Below are positions 1 through 10,500 of a DNA stretch of 64,000 nucleotides, piece after piece (the stretch's first letter is position 1; each line of letters begins with the position of its first letter). The notes under the pieces are model-generated. The model was given only the letters and a program-made list of their open reading frames with translations. It made no database searches and was not told where the DNA came from. Source of the DNA: an uncultured delta proteobacterium (lineage in GTDB: Bacteria > Desulfobacterota > Desulfobacteria > Desulfobacterales > B30-G6); the NCBI GenBank assembly GCA_963848165.1, contig CAWKCS010000025.1, positions 28,151 through 92,150 of the forward strand, given 5' to 3'. Position numbers and translations under genes: made by a program.

Positions 1-33
1 CGCTGCGGTCAGTCTTGTTTCCGCCTGAATCAT
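1..33 (-). CDS. rplN: 50S ribosomal protein L14, first 11 codons only (gene runs off the window)
   Basis: Reverse complement of 1-33 reads ATG ATT CAG GCG GAA ACA AGA CTG ACC GCA GCG = MIQAETRLTAA, a typical L14 N-terminus. It lies directly downstream of rpsQ as in the S10/spc cluster. Confidence 0.7.
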   Translation of the reverse strand, partial: MIQAETRLTAA

Positions 34-50
34 CTTTCTATTCCTTTATA

Positions 51-308
51 TCAAACAGCTTTTTTAACAATTTTAGCAATTCGCCATCTTTTGTTCTTGC
101 TCAAGGGTCTCGATTCCGTCATCAGCACCTCGTCTCCGATCCGGCATTCGTTGGTCTCATCATGAGCAGAAAACTTATTGCGCCTGCGAACGTATTTTCC
201 GTAAAGACGGTGTTTCACGAGTCTTTCTACCTGGACCGTTACCGTCTTATCCATTTTATCACTTACGACCGTTCCAACCTGTTGTCTTTTCATTCCTATT
301 GTTTTCAT
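51..308 (-). CDS. rpsQ: 30S ribosomal protein S17
   Basis: 85-aa ORF (…[32 protein letters not shown]…) with a typical S17 sequence, positioned after rpmC. Confidence 0.95.
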   Translation of the reverse strand: MKTIGMKRQQVGTVVSDKMDKTVTVQVERLVKHRLYGKYVRRRNKFSAHDETNECRIGDEVLMTESRPLSKNKRWRIAKIVKKAV

Positions 309-323
309 AACAGCTTTTATCGC

Positions 324-524
324 CTATTCCTGGTTTTGGTTTTCTGTTTCACGAATAATGGTCATGACACGCGCGATATCGGATTTGGTCTGCTTTAGTT
401 TTGTCGGGTTCTCAATCTGTCCAATGCCATGTTGAAAGCGAAGATTAAATAATTCCTCTTTCAAATCTATCAGCTTCTGCTGCCGTTCATTAGAGCTGAG
501 ATCCCTGATCTCCTTGGGATTCAT
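324..524 (-). CDS. rpmC: 50S ribosomal protein L29
   Basis: 66-aa ORF ([31 protein letters not shown]…) with the L29 signature. Its start overlaps the rplP stop. Confidence 0.95.
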   Translation of the reverse strand: MNPKEIRDLSSNERQQKLIDLKEELFNLRFQHGIGQIENPTKLKQTKSDIARVMTIIRETENQNQE

Positions 525-937
525 TAGATCACGCTCCTTTCCACAAATTTTGTTTTAACGGAAAGTTTATGCGATGCAAGCCGGAGTGCTTCTTTAGCAA
601 GATCCCTGGGTACACCCGCCATCTCATACAGAACTCTTCCTGGACGGATAACCGCAACCCATCCTTCCGGGGCGCCCTTACCCTTTCCCATACGAACTTC
701 AGCCGGTTTTTTTGTGAAGGATTTGTCGGGGAAAATACGTATCCAGAGTTTTCCACCTCTCTTGACATGGCGTGTCATGGCAATACGCGCAGCTTCGATC
801 TGTTTATTGCTGATCGTACCACACTCAACAGCCTGCAAACCGAACTCCCCGAAATTGAGCTGACTGCCTCGTCGGGCCAATCCCCTCATTTTGCCTTTTT
901 GTTTTTTTCGATACTTTACCTTTTTAGGGCTCAGCAT
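524..937 (-). CDS. rplP: 50S ribosomal protein L16
   Basis: 137-aa ORF ([19 protein letters not shown]…) with a canonical L16 N-terminus. Confidence 0.97.
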   Translation of the reverse strand: MLSPKKVKYRKKQKGKMRGLARRGSQLNFGEFGLQAVECGTISNKQIEAARIAMTRHVKRGGKLWIRIFPDKSFTKKPAEVRMGKGKGAPEGWVAVIRPGRVLYEMAGVPRDLAKEALRLASHKLSVKTKFVERSVI

Positions 938-1028
938 TGTTTATCTCCTGTTAAAGGGCCTTGAAGCGATCTTTCGAAAACTAGTTCCGGCAACTTGCAC
1001 CCTTGATTTTGTTTTTTGTTTCGACTGG

Positions 1029-1682
1029 CTAGGCGCGACCTATTTCCGTATCTTGCTTGCTCAGAATCTCGCCTTTGAAAATAAACACTTTTATACCGAT
1101 GAGGCCATAAGTGGTCTTGGCTTCTGTAAAACCATAGTCGATATCCGCTCTCAAGGTATGCAGAGGAACCCTGCCCTCTTTGTACCATTCCGTCCTGGCC
1201 ATCTCGGCGCCACCCAATCTGCCGGAACAGATAATCTTGACACCCTGTGCGCCGAATCGCATGGCAGAAGTCACGCCTCTTTTCATTGCCCGTCTGAAGG
1301 CAACCCGACGCTCTATCTGCAATGCAACATTTTCAGCCATGAGTTGTGCATCAACCTCCGGTTTCCGGACTTCCTGAATATCAATAAGAACCTCCTGTGA
1401 AACCAGCGATTCCAGTTCCCGCTTGAGTTGCTCAATTTCAGAACCTTTTTTTCCGATAACAATCCCGGGCCTGGCAGTGAATATGCGCAGGCGTACACGC
1501 TTGGCAGATCTTTCGATTTCTATCCGGGAGATACCTGCATGATACAGTTTCTTCTTTATGAATTTTCGGACTTTATGATCTTCGAGGATATAATCCGCAT
1601 AATTCTTCCCGGCATACCATCTGGAATCCCATGTTTTGATGATCCCTAATCTTAATCCAATCGGATTTACTTTCTGACCCAA
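1029..1682 (-). CDS. rpsC: 30S ribosomal protein S3
   Basis: 217-aa ORF ([24 protein letters not shown]…), canonical S3. There is a 91-nt gap before rplP. Confidence 0.97.
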   Translation of the reverse strand: MGQKVNPIGLRLGIIKTWDSRWYAGKNYADYILEDHKVRKFIKKKLYHAGISRIEIERSAKRVRLRIFTARPGIVIGKKGSEIEQLKRELESLVSQEVLIDIQEVRKPEVDAQLMAENVALQIERRVAFRRAMKRGVTSAMRFGAQGVKIICSGRLGGAEMARTEWYKEGRVPLHTLRADIDYGFTEAKTTYGLIGIKVFIFKGEILSKQDTEIGRA

Positions 1683-1697
1683 GCTCGTACCTCCTTT

Positions 1698-2036
1698 TTA
1701 TGAAGCTTTCTCAGCTAACACGACTGTTATATGGCTGGATTTTTTCAATATCCTGGCACCGCGCCCCCGTGCTCTGGCTCGAAATCTCTTCAGCGAAGGG
1801 CCCTGATCCACAATGAGGTTTTGGATCACCAGGGAATCAACATCGATACCGTGATTGTTGTCGGCATTTGCGGCAGCAGAGCGAACCGTCTTTTCCACTA
1901 AACCGGCAGCCTTTTGCGGCATGTACTTCAACATGTTCAATCCGGTTTCTACCGGTTGTCCTTTGATAGCGTCCGCTAATTTCCTGACTTTTTGGGGCGA
2001 AATACGAACGTATTTGCTTACCGCCTTGACCTCCAT
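1698..2036 (-). CDS. rplV: 50S ribosomal protein L22
   Basis: 112-aa ORF ([26 protein letters not shown]…), L22-like, in S10-operon order. Confidence 0.95.
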   Translation of the reverse strand: MEVKAVSKYVRISPQKVRKLADAIKGQPVETGLNMLKYMPQKAAGLVEKTVRSAAANADNNHGIDVDSLVIQNLIVDQGPSLKRFRARARGRGARILKKSSHITVVLAEKAS

Positions 2037-2061
2037 TACCGAAACTCCCTTTTAAAAAGTG

Positions 2062-2343
2062 TTATCTTTTTAACTTCGATTTTTTATCGCCGGCGTGACC
2101 GTAAAACGTTCGCGTCGGTGAAAATTCACCCAGTTTATGCCCAACCATGTTTTCTGTAACGAAAACCGGAATAAATTTTTTCCCATTATGAACCGCCAGC
2201 GTAATACCCACCATTTCGGGAATGACTGTCGATCTCCGGGACCAGGTCTTTATAACCTGATTGCTCCTGGATGACTGGGCAAGTTCCACTTTGTTCATTA
2301 ACTTCTGGTCGATGAATGGACCTTTTTTTAAAGACCGTGGCAT
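2062..2343 (-). CDS. rpsS: 30S ribosomal protein S19
   Basis: 93-aa ORF ([19 protein letters not shown]…[23 protein letters not shown]). Confidence 0.97.
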   Translation of the reverse strand: MPRSLKKGPFIDQKLMNKVELAQSSRSNQVIKTWSRRSTVIPEMVGITLAVHNGKKFIPVFVTENMVGHKLGEFSPTRTFYGHAGDKKSKLKR

Positions 2344-2418
2344 AAATTCTCCTGAACTGTGTTATCTTTTTCGGTTGTTCCCGCTTTAATCCTGCTTAGA
2401 AGCAGTATCGCGGACATC

Positions 2419-3247
2419 CTATCGTTTTGTACGTCTCTTGACGATAAAACGGTTGGTTCGTTTATTTTTTCGGGTTCTGTAACCCTTTGTGGGCACACCC
2501 CATGGTGTACATGGGTGACGCCCACCTGATGAACGGCCCTCGCCGCCGCCCATGGGGTGATCCACCGGGTTCATGGCCACGCCCCTCACCTTGGGTCGCT
2601 TGCCCAGCCACCGTTTACGACCGGCTTTGCCCAGATCGATATTCTCATGGGTCACATTTCCGATCTGCCCGACAGTCGCCAAACAGTTAAGCAGTACCAT
2701 TCGGACCTCGCTCGAAGGGAGTTTAACCAGTGCATAACGATCTTCCTTGGCCATTAACTGAGCATAGGTTCCTGCACTTCGTACGATCTGCCCGCCCTTG
2801 CCGATACGCAGTTCGATGTTATGAATGTGCGTTCCCAGGGGAATGTTTTTCAAGGGCAAGGTATTGCCCGGTTTGATATCGGCCTCGGGCCCGGACATCA
2901 CTTCATCCCCCACGGAGAGGTGCAACGGGGAAAGAATATATCGTTTTTCTCCGTCCGCATATTGAAGAAGAGCAATTCTGGCACTCCGATTCGGATCGTA
3001 TTCGATTGAAGCGACCTTGGCAGGAATGCCGATTTTGTCTCTCTTGAAATCGACGATCCTGTATTGTCGTTTGTGGCCACCTCCGCGATGACGACTCGTA
3101 ATCCGTCCATTTACATTACGGCCACCGCTCTTCTTTATGATGCGCAGCAAACTTTTTTCGGGCTCTTTTTTGGTAATCTCTTCAAACGAAGCATATGTTT
3201 GAAATCGACGTCCCGGTGATGTCGGTTTGACTCTTCTTATATACCAT
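2419..3247 (-). CDS. rplB: 50S ribosomal protein L2 (5' end irregular in this sequence)
   Basis: The ORF-track ORF 2419..3150 is clearly L2 (…[18 protein letters not shown]…, …HPMGGGEGR…). The conserved N-terminus [28 protein letters not shown] continues in frame up to the rplW stop (3250-3252). It has no in-frame ATG/GTG/TTG. The ATG at 3245-3247 is one base out of frame, so the start coordinate is approximate. Confidence 0.9.
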
Positions 3248-3249
3248 AT

Positions 3250-3537
3250 TTATACCCCTTCAAAAAAATCGATTCTCTCCCCCGGCATGAGGTTCACAAT
3301 CGCTTTTTTCCAGTCCCTGCGCTTACCCACAACACGACCCCGCTGCTTTATTTTGCCTTTAATCTGCATCGTGCGGACATCGGCCACCCTGACATTGAAT
3401 ATTTTTTCGATAGCCCTTCTGATTTCGACACGGTTTGCCCGACGATCGACTTCAAAGGATACCTGATTATGATCTTCTTTCTGAATACTGGTTTTTTCAG
3501 TAATCAGGGGTCGAATGATGATATCGTACTGAATCAT
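3250..3537 (-). CDS. rplW: 50S ribosomal protein L23
   Basis: 95-aa ORF (…[11 protein letters not shown]…), L23-like, between rplD and rplB. Confidence 0.93.
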   Translation of the reverse strand: MIQYDIIIRPLITEKTSIQKEDHNQVSFEVDRRANRVEIRRAIEKIFNVRVADVRTMQIKGKIKQRGRVVGKRRDWKKAIVNLMPGERIDFFEGV

Positions 3538-4157
3538 TAGAGCAACCTCCCTTCGATTGCCTTTACAGAAGCTTCAAGCAGGACAAGTGTCCTGTGCTTC
3601 AGAATATCATATACATTGAGGCCCTCGTATCTCATCACTTTGAACTTCGGCAAATTTCTGGAGGAAAGCTCGAGATTTTCATTCTTCTGGTCGATAACAA
3701 TCAGCGCATTCTCCATATTCAGATTTCCGGCTACCTCAGAAAATGCCTTGGTCTTGATCTGATCAAGCTCGAACGTATCCAGAATCAGTATATCATCATC
3801 CTTGAATTTGCTGCTCAAGGCCATTTTAAGCGCCAGTTTTCTCACTTTTTTGGGTACCTTGTAGGCCCATGATTTCGGTTTGGGACCGAAAGCAACCCCA
3901 CCGCCCCTGAGCAGATTTGACTTGGCGTTACCCCTTCTGGCTCTGCCGGTTCCCTTTTGCCGAAACAGTTTCCTTCCGCTCCCTGTGACATCTGACCTGT
4001 GTTTGGTGGAAGCAGTCCCGGCGCGCCTGTTTGCCAGTTGCATGGTAACGACATCATGCAGGACGTTCTTCTTCACCGGCACATTGAATATCTCATCGTT
4101 CAAATCTACCTGTGAAACTTTTTTGCCTTTACTGTTTATAACATCTACGACAGCCAT
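3537..4157 (-). CDS. rplD: 50S ribosomal protein L4
   Basis: 206-aa ORF (…[26 protein letters not shown]…), L4 signature. Confidence 0.95.
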   Translation of the reverse strand: MAVVDVINSKGKKVSQVDLNDEIFNVPVKKNVLHDVVTMQLANRRAGTASTKHRSDVTGSGRKLFRQKGTGRARRGNAKSNLLRGGGVAFGPKPKSWAYKVPKKVRKLALKMALSSKFKDDDILILDTFELDQIKTKAFSEVAGNLNMENALIVIDQKNENLELSSRNLPKFKVMRYEGLNVYDILKHRTLVLLEASVKAIEGRLL

Positions 4158-4172
4158 GGATTCCCTCGGTTC

Positions 4173-4805
4173 TTATTTTACAAATTTCGGTTTTCGAATG
4201 GTGACAAATCCTGAAGTATGTCCGGGCACCGCTCCCTTCAAAAGGATGAGGTTTTCCTTGGGCCTGATATCGAATATTTCAAGATTCCGGACTGTTTTTC
4301 TATCCGTTCCGTAATGCCCGGGCATTTTCTTGCCTTTGATGACCTTGGCCGGCCAGGCACTGCATCCAATTGATCCGGGTATCCGGTGACTATGACTTCC
4401 ATGCGTCTTTTTCCCGCCATGAAAACCATGTCTCTTGATGACCCCGGCAAAACCGCGTCCCTTTGTCGTTCCGGTCACCTCAACACGCTCGCCAACAGTG
4501 AACATCTCTACGGTCACTTCCTGCCCCGGGCTGAACTCTTCCGGGTTTTCAACCGACACCTCTTTAAGAATCCGGGCGGTTTCGACCCCGCTCTTTTTCA
4601 GGTGCCCCTGCAGTGGCTTGCTGGTTCGTTTTTCTTTTTTTTCTCCAAAACCGATTTGCAGGGCGTTGTATCCATCACTGTCGACGGTCTTGACCTGTGT
4701 CACGACACATGGTCCCGCCTCGATAACCGTTACGGGAACAGACCGGCCTTCCGATGAAAACTGTCTGGTCATACCCAATTTTTTTCCGATTAAACCTTTA
4801 CACAT
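4173..4805 (-). CDS. rplC: 50S ribosomal protein L3
   Basis: 210-aa ORF (…[13 protein letters not shown]… …[16 protein letters not shown]…). Confidence 0.96.
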   Translation of the reverse strand: MCKGLIGKKLGMTRQFSSEGRSVPVTVIEAGPCVVTQVKTVDSDGYNALQIGFGEKKEKRTSKPLQGHLKKSGVETARILKEVSVENPEEFSPGQEVTVEMFTVGERVEVTGTTKGRGFAGVIKRHGFHGGKKTHGSHSHRIPGSIGCSAWPAKVIKGKKMPGHYGTDRKTVRNLEIFDIRPKENLILLKGAVPGHTSGFVTIRKPKFVK

Positions 4806-4825
4806 AATTCACAACCATTCCTATG

Positions 4826-5137
4826 CTATAACTTGATCTCTACATCGACACCTGGAGAAAGATCCAGTTTCATCAATGCATCAACCGTCTGTTGTGTCGG
4901 TTCTAAAATATCGAGCAGTCTTTTGTGCGTTCTCATTTCAAACTGCTCACGTGACTTCTTGTCGATGTGGGGAGAGCGAAGAACACAGTATTTATTGATC
5001 GTAGTGGGAAGTGGTATCGGCCCAACGACCTTTGCGCCCGTTTTTCTGGCAGTATCCAGGATGTCTGCGGCAGATTGATCGAGCAGCTTGTGGTCATATG
5101 CTTTGAGCCTGATTCTTATCTTTGAATTCATTATCAT
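4826..5137 (-). CDS. rpsJ: 30S ribosomal protein S10
   Basis: 103-aa ORF (…[17 protein letters not shown]… …[20 protein letters not shown]…). Confidence 0.97.
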   Translation of the reverse strand: MIMNSKIRIRLKAYDHKLLDQSAADILDTARKTGAKVVGPIPLPTTINKYCVLRSPHIDKKSREQFEMRTHKRLLDILEPTQQTVDALMKLDLSPGVDVEIKL

Positions 5138-5153
5138 GATTCGGTCTCTCTCT

Positions 5154-6347
5154 TTATTCGATTATTTCGCTAACCACTCCGGCACCGACGGTTCGACCGC
5201 CTTCACGTATGGCAAACCTGAGCTCTTTTTCCATCGCAATGGGTGTGATCAGTTCGGCCGTTATCGTTACGTTGTCGCCCGGCATCACCATCTCGACGCC
5301 CTCGGGTAGATCCAGAATCCCGGTCACATCCGTTGTCCGAAAATAAAACTGCGGCCGGTATCCATTAAAAAACGGCGTGTGGCGTCCACCCTCTTCCTTG
5401 CTCAATATGTAGACTTCCGCTTTGAACTTCGTATGCGGCGTGATCGTTCCCGGTATCGCTACAACCTGGCCACGCTCAACCTCGTCACGCTTGGTACCTC
5501 GCAGCAGAACACCGATGTTGTCTCCGGCGCGACCTTCGTCCAACAGTTTCCGGAACATCTCAACTCCCGTACACACCGTCTTCTGCGTCGGTCGAATCCC
5601 TACGATCTCAACCTCATCGCTCACATGCACAATCCCGCGCTCCACACGACCCGTTACCACCGTGCCACGACCCGATATGCTGAAAACATCCTCTATCGGC
5701 ATCAAAAACGGCTTGTCTATTTCACGCTTGGGCTCCGGTATAAAACTGTCCACGGCGGCCAGAAGCTCGAAAATACACTTGGCATCTTCGCTGTCGGCGT
5801 CGTCACTCTCTAACGCCTTCAACGCGCTACCCCGGATGATCGGTGTGTCGTCCCCGGGAAACTCGTATTTGTCCAATAACTCCCGAAGCTCCAACTCCAC
5901 CAGCTCCACTAGCTCCTCATCGTCCACCATGTCGCATTTGTTCAAAAATACAACGATCTGGGGCACACCCACCTGACGGGCCAGCAATATGTGTTCCCGG
6001 GTCTGGGGCATGGGACCATCGTCCGCGCCTACCACCAGGATGGCACCGTCCATCTGCGCCGCTCCCGTAATCATGTTCTTGATATAGTCGGCATGACCGG
6101 GACAGTCCACATGGGCATAATGCCGGTTGGCCGTCTCATACTCCACATGCGCCGTCGCAATCGTAATCCCCCGCTCTTTCTCCTCGGGGGCCTTGTCTAT
6201 CTGATCAAACGGTATGAAATTCGCCATACCTTTCAATCCGCAATGCTTGGTTATCGCCGCTGTCAAGGTCGTCTTCCCGTGATCGATATGGCCTATCGTT
6301 CCTACGTTTACATGCGGCTTGGTTCGATTAAATTTTTCCTTTGCCAT
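5154..6347 (-). CDS. tuf: elongation factor Tu, copy 1 (str-operon position)
   Basis: 397-aa ORF ([28 protein letters not shown]…), unmistakable EF-Tu. The protein is identical to the copy at 20252-21445. Confidence 0.99.
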   Translation of the reverse strand: MAKEKFNRTKPHVNVGTIGHIDHGKTTLTAAITKHCGLKGMANFIPFDQIDKAPEEKERGITIATAHVEYETANRHYAHVDCPGHADYIKNMITGAAQMDGAILVVGADDGPMPQTREHILLARQVGVPQIVVFLNKCDMVDDEELVELVELELRELLDKYEFPGDDTPIIRGSALKALESDDADSEDAKCIFELLAAVDSFIPEPKREIDKPFLMPIEDVFSISGRGTVVTGRVERGIVHVSDEVEIVGIRPTQKTVCTGVEMFRKLLDEGRAGDNIGVLLRGTKRDEVERGQVVAIPGTITPHTKFKAEVYILSKEEGGRHTPFFNGYRPQFYFRTTDVTGILDLPEGVEMVMPGDNVTITAELITPIAMEKELRFAIREGGRTVGAGVVSEIIE

Positions 6348-6432
6348 CTTCTCACCCTCCCCTTTGATTTTTTGATCGGCTCAACACACCTGACCGTAAG
6401 ACTTTTATGATTCGATTGGTTCAATAACGTCG

Positions 6433-6903
6433 CTACCACCGATAATGTGCGAACGCTTTGTTGGCATCGGCCATTTTGTGCGTATCTTCTTTTTTCTTGA
6501 CGGTCGCTCCACGGTTGTTGGCTGCATCCATAAATTCTCCAGCGAGCTTCCCGGCCATTCCTTTTTCTGAACGACTCCGGGCATAATTGATCAACCAACG
6601 GAGCGCCAGGGCTGTTCTGCGCGAAGGTCTGATTTCCGTGGGAACCTGGTAGGTCGATCCTCCTACCCGCCGTGACTTGACCTCGATCATGGGCCGGGTG
6701 TTGTCTACCGCCTGCTCAAATATCTTCAGCGGTGGTTTACCCGTTTTCTCTTCTATGATGCCAAACGCACCATAGAGGATAGACTCTGCAGTACTTTTTT
6801 TGCCATCCCGCATTATGCAGGCAATAAACTTAGACACCAGTTGACTGTTAAACCTTGCATCTGGAATGATAACACGTTCCGGTACTTCTCTTCTTCTTGG
6901 CAT
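6433..6903 (-). CDS. rpsG: 30S ribosomal protein S7
   Basis: 156-aa ORF ([27 protein letters not shown]…[10 protein letters not shown]). Confidence 0.97.
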   Translation of the reverse strand: MPRRREVPERVIIPDARFNSQLVSKFIACIMRDGKKSTAESILYGAFGIIEEKTGKPPLKIFEQAVDNTRPMIEVKSRRVGGSTYQVPTEIRPSRRTALALRWLINYARSRSEKGMAGKLAGEFMDAANNRGATVKKKEDTHKMADANKAFAHYRW

Positions 6904-6950
6904 CCTCTAAATCCTTTTGGTTCGTACCTTGACTTGAACCGAAACAGCGA

Positions 6951-7010
6951 GCGCATTCCCCGTAGGTTCTGCCGTTCGGCAGTGCTTCGCATGCTGCGAG
7001 GTTCTTCAAT
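6951..7010. repeat. Intergenic structured repeat, family A (copy 1)
   Basis: The reverse complement (attgaagaacctcgcagca…ctgccgaacggcagaacctacggggaa) aligns with 24923-24990. It contains the hairpin ctgccg-NN-cggcag. It sits between rpsL and rpsG. Confidence 0.6.
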
Positions 7011-7016
7011 CTTTAG

Positions 7017-7388
7017 CTATTTTGGTTTCTTTGCGCCGTATTTGGACCTGCCCTGTTTTCTTTCCACCACACCTAGTGTGTCGAGGGTTCCTCTCACAAT
7101 ATGGTAACGGACACCGGGAAGGTCCTTTACACGTCCACCGCGTACCAGGACAACCGAATGCTCTTGCAGATTGTGACCGATACCCGGGATATAGGCTGTC
7201 ACCTCTATTCCGGTCGTCAACCTGACCCTTGCAACCTTACGTAGCGCCGAATTCGGTTTCTTTGGCGTTGAGGTATAAACACGCGTGCAGACACCTCTCT
7301 TTTGGGGTGCCCGCTTTAGAGCCGGTGTATTGGTTTTCTTGATTACCCTTTTGCGACCCTTTCTGACTAACTGGTTGATGGTTGGCAT
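7017..7388 (-). CDS. rpsL: 30S ribosomal protein S12
   Basis: 123-aa ORF ([13 protein letters not shown]… …[16 protein letters not shown]…). Confidence 0.98.
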   Translation of the reverse strand: MPTINQLVRKGRKRVIKKTNTPALKRAPQKRGVCTRVYTSTPKKPNSALRKVARVRLTTGIEVTAYIPGIGHNLQEHSVVLVRGGRVKDLPGVRYHIVRGTLDTLGVVERKQGRSKYGAKKPK

Positions 7389-7455
7389 ACGCTCCTCATT
7401 TCATCTGTTTTCAATAGTTACATCAGCAAAATATGCGTCATCGCACAAAAGCGAA

Positions 7456-7484
7456 TATGTATACATTTTGCATGGGACTGTCAA
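7456..7484 (-). promoter_or_regulatory. Candidate sigma70-type promoter for rpsL-rpsG-tuf
   Basis: On the minus strand, TTGACA (7484-7479) is followed by a 17-nt spacer and TACATA (7461-7456), about 70 nt upstream of the rpsL ATG. Sequence pattern only. Confidence 0.4.
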
Positions 7485-7553
7485 GCGATTTATCTATTTA
7501 TTTCTTGGAAATCACCGCTTATTATCAATAGTCCCCGGTGGACCGCTGCAAAA

Positions 7554-10500
7554 TTATTCGGCCTGTTCAATCATGACGTCCCGGTGGACCTTCAAACCTG
7601 TTCCGGCAGGTATAATCCTTCCCATAATCACGTTTTCCTTCAGACCCCGCAAGTGGTCGACCGCTCCGGAAATACTCGCCTCGGTAAGAACCTTGGTCGT
7701 CTCCTGGAAAGAGGCCGCTGATATGAAGCTTTCCGTACTCAACGAAGCCTTGGTGATACCCAAAATCAGGGGTTCTGCCACAGCAGGCCTGCCGCCCTTT
7801 TCGATGACCGCCCGGTTGGCCGTCTCGAATATGATTTTATCAACCTGCTCTTCGATGATGAAATCGGTGTCACCAATTTCACGAACCTTTACCCGGCGCA
7901 TCATCTGCCGGACGATTACCTCGATATGCTTGTCATTAATACGGACACCCTGCAGCCGGTAAACCTCCTGCACTTCATCCACGAGGTATCGCGCGAGGGC
8001 TACTTCACCCTTGATATTCAAAATGTCCTGGGGAATTGCCGACCCCCCGATCAAGGGTTCACCGGCTCGCACATAATCGCCCTCATAGACATTGATGTGT
8101 TTTCCACGGGGAATCAGGTATTCCTTCTTCTCACCCACATCCACCGGGGAAACCGTGATTTTCTGTTTACCCTTCTTGGTTCCCTTGGCAATCGACACAT
8201 AGCCGTCGATTTCGCTGAGAACAGATATCTCCTTGGGTTTCCTGACTTCGAAAAGTTCTGCAACCCTTGGCAAACCGCCGGTAATATCCTTGGTTTTCGT
8301 CGTGGCTCTCGGTAATTTTGCTAGGACATCACCGGCCTGGATGGTATCGCCTTCTTCAACCAGGAGAATGGCATTGACCGGCAGTATGTATCTGGCCTGG
8401 CCTGTTTTTTTCGGCAGGGAAGCGGTTTTACCCTCCTTGTCCTTGATGGAGATCCTGGGTCTTTCTTCTGCGGTCTTTGATTCAATAACGGTACGACTCG
8501 ATTTACCTGTGACAGGATCCACTTTTTCCTGGAGCGTTTTTCCGAGAGCCAGATCGCCGAACTTGACGGTTCCATTCACTTCCGAAAGGATCGGTGTGGT
8601 AAAAGGGTCCCAGTTAGCAAGCAGATCTCCGGCCTCGACCGTGTCGCCGTCATTTATATCCAGATGGGCGCCGTAAATAACCGGAAACCGTTCCCGCTCC
8701 CGTCCGGATTCACTGACGATGGCAAATTCACCACCCCGTCTATTCATAACCACGTATTTATTGTTGGCATTTTTGACGACATCAAGGTCGATAAACTTGA
8801 TGGTGCCTTCGACGCGTGCGCGGATGTCGGCCTGCTCGACCCGTCGACTCGCAGTACCACCGATATGGAATGTCCTCATGGTCAGCTGTGTACCGGGTTC
8901 ACCGATGGACTGGGCTGCCAGTATACCGATGGCTTGTCCTATCTCCACTTTCTTTCCGTAGGCAAGATCACGGCCATAACAACCCGCACAGACACCATGC
9001 TCGGCTTTACATGTCAAAACCGAACGGATTTTCGCGCTGGTTATGCCTGCGTTTTCGATGAGATCTACAGCGGCTTCATCAATTTCTTCTCCGGCCTTCA
9101 CCAACACCTTGTCCGTAAACGGGTCCAGAATATCTTCGAGGGCCGTCCTTCCCAGAACGCGTTCCGACAGACGTTGTATCACCTCGCCGCCTTCCATGAG
9201 GGGCTCCACTTCCACACCCATCATGGTACCACAGTCATCTTGCAGGATAATGCAATCCTGAGCGACATCGGCTAATCTTCGGGTCAAATAACCGGAGTTC
9301 GCCGTTTTAAGAGCGGTGTCCGCCAGCCCCTTTCGGGCGCCGTGCGTGGAAATAAAGTACTGCAGAACCGATAGCCCTTCACGAAAATTTGCCGTAATCG
9401 GTGTTTCAATGATCTCGCCGGATGGTTTGGCCATGAGCCCACGCATACCGGCCAGCTGCCGCATCTGATCCTTGCTGCCCCGGGCGCCGGAATCCGCCAT
9501 CATATAAATCGGGTTCATGCTTTCCATGACAACGGGTTTATTATCCTTGCCCAGAACCGGGTTTCCGTCTTTGTCGATAACGGGTGCGATCTTCATGGAG
9601 TTCATCATCTCGTTGGCAACATCATCCGTTGCCTTGGCCCATATATCGACGACCTTGTTGTACTTTTCACCCTGGGTGATGAGACCCTCGGTATACTGCC
9701 TGCCGATTTCCGTGACCCGAGTTTCCGCCGCCTTGAGAATGTCCCACTTGGCATCCGGGATAATCATGGCATCGATGGAAATGGACAGGCCCCCTTTGGT
9801 GGAATACTTGTAACCGATATTCTTCAAGCGGTCTGCTAAAATAACGGTCGCCTTGGGCCCCAGGTTCCGGTAGGCATAGTCAACGATTTTTCTGAGCTCG
9901 TTCTTGTCCATGACCTTGTTGACGATGTCAAATGGTATTTCCGGTCGTTTTTCAACGGCTTCGAACAGATGAAACATCAGATCGTTGGACATGATAATGC
10001 CGCTGGTTTCACCTGCTTTCAAAGCAAACAGACTTTCGGCATCGGTTTCGTCGATATGCAGTATCTCATTAAGGTCGTGCTTTTTGACCAGTCCGATATC
10101 ACCGTCGAAACGTTTGTCTGCACTTTCAGAATAGGAATCAACCAGGTTGATAAAGGCATCGCCATTGTTGATCTTTTTCAGGACAGCCCGCGCGGATTTC
10201 TCGTCGGTTACCATGATATGCCGTAAACGCATGATTTCTTCCCTGGGCATGATCTCCCAGAGCAGAATCCGGCCAACGGTGGTTTTCACACGCGTACCCG
10301 CTATTCGAACGGTTATCCGGGCATGCAAATCAACGGAACGGGCATCGTATGCAGAGCGCACCTCTTCAGGATTTGAAAAAAGCCGTCCTTCCCCCTCGGC
10401 ACCCTCGATCGACCTGGTCATATAATAAATACCGAGAACAATATCCTGACTGGGGACGATGATAGGGCTGCCGTTTGCAGGCGATAGGATGTTGTTACTG

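Noticed and set aside
938-1028. 91-nt gap between rpsC and rplP, considered as possible stop-codon read-through extending S3 (in-frame PVETKNKIKGASCRN after the TAG)
   Set aside because: The extension is short and not conserved-looking. The gap contains the rplP Shine-Dalgarno sequence (AGGAG). There is no evidence for recoding.
5379-6410. Long + strand ORFs (144-184 aa) antisense to tuf copy 1, and their twins at 20477-21463 antisense to copy 2
   Set aside because: They lie entirely inside the unmistakable EF-Tu coding sequence. Their translations are low complexity (S/T/P/R-rich), and they recur only because the tuf DNA is duplicated. These are typical shadow ORFs.
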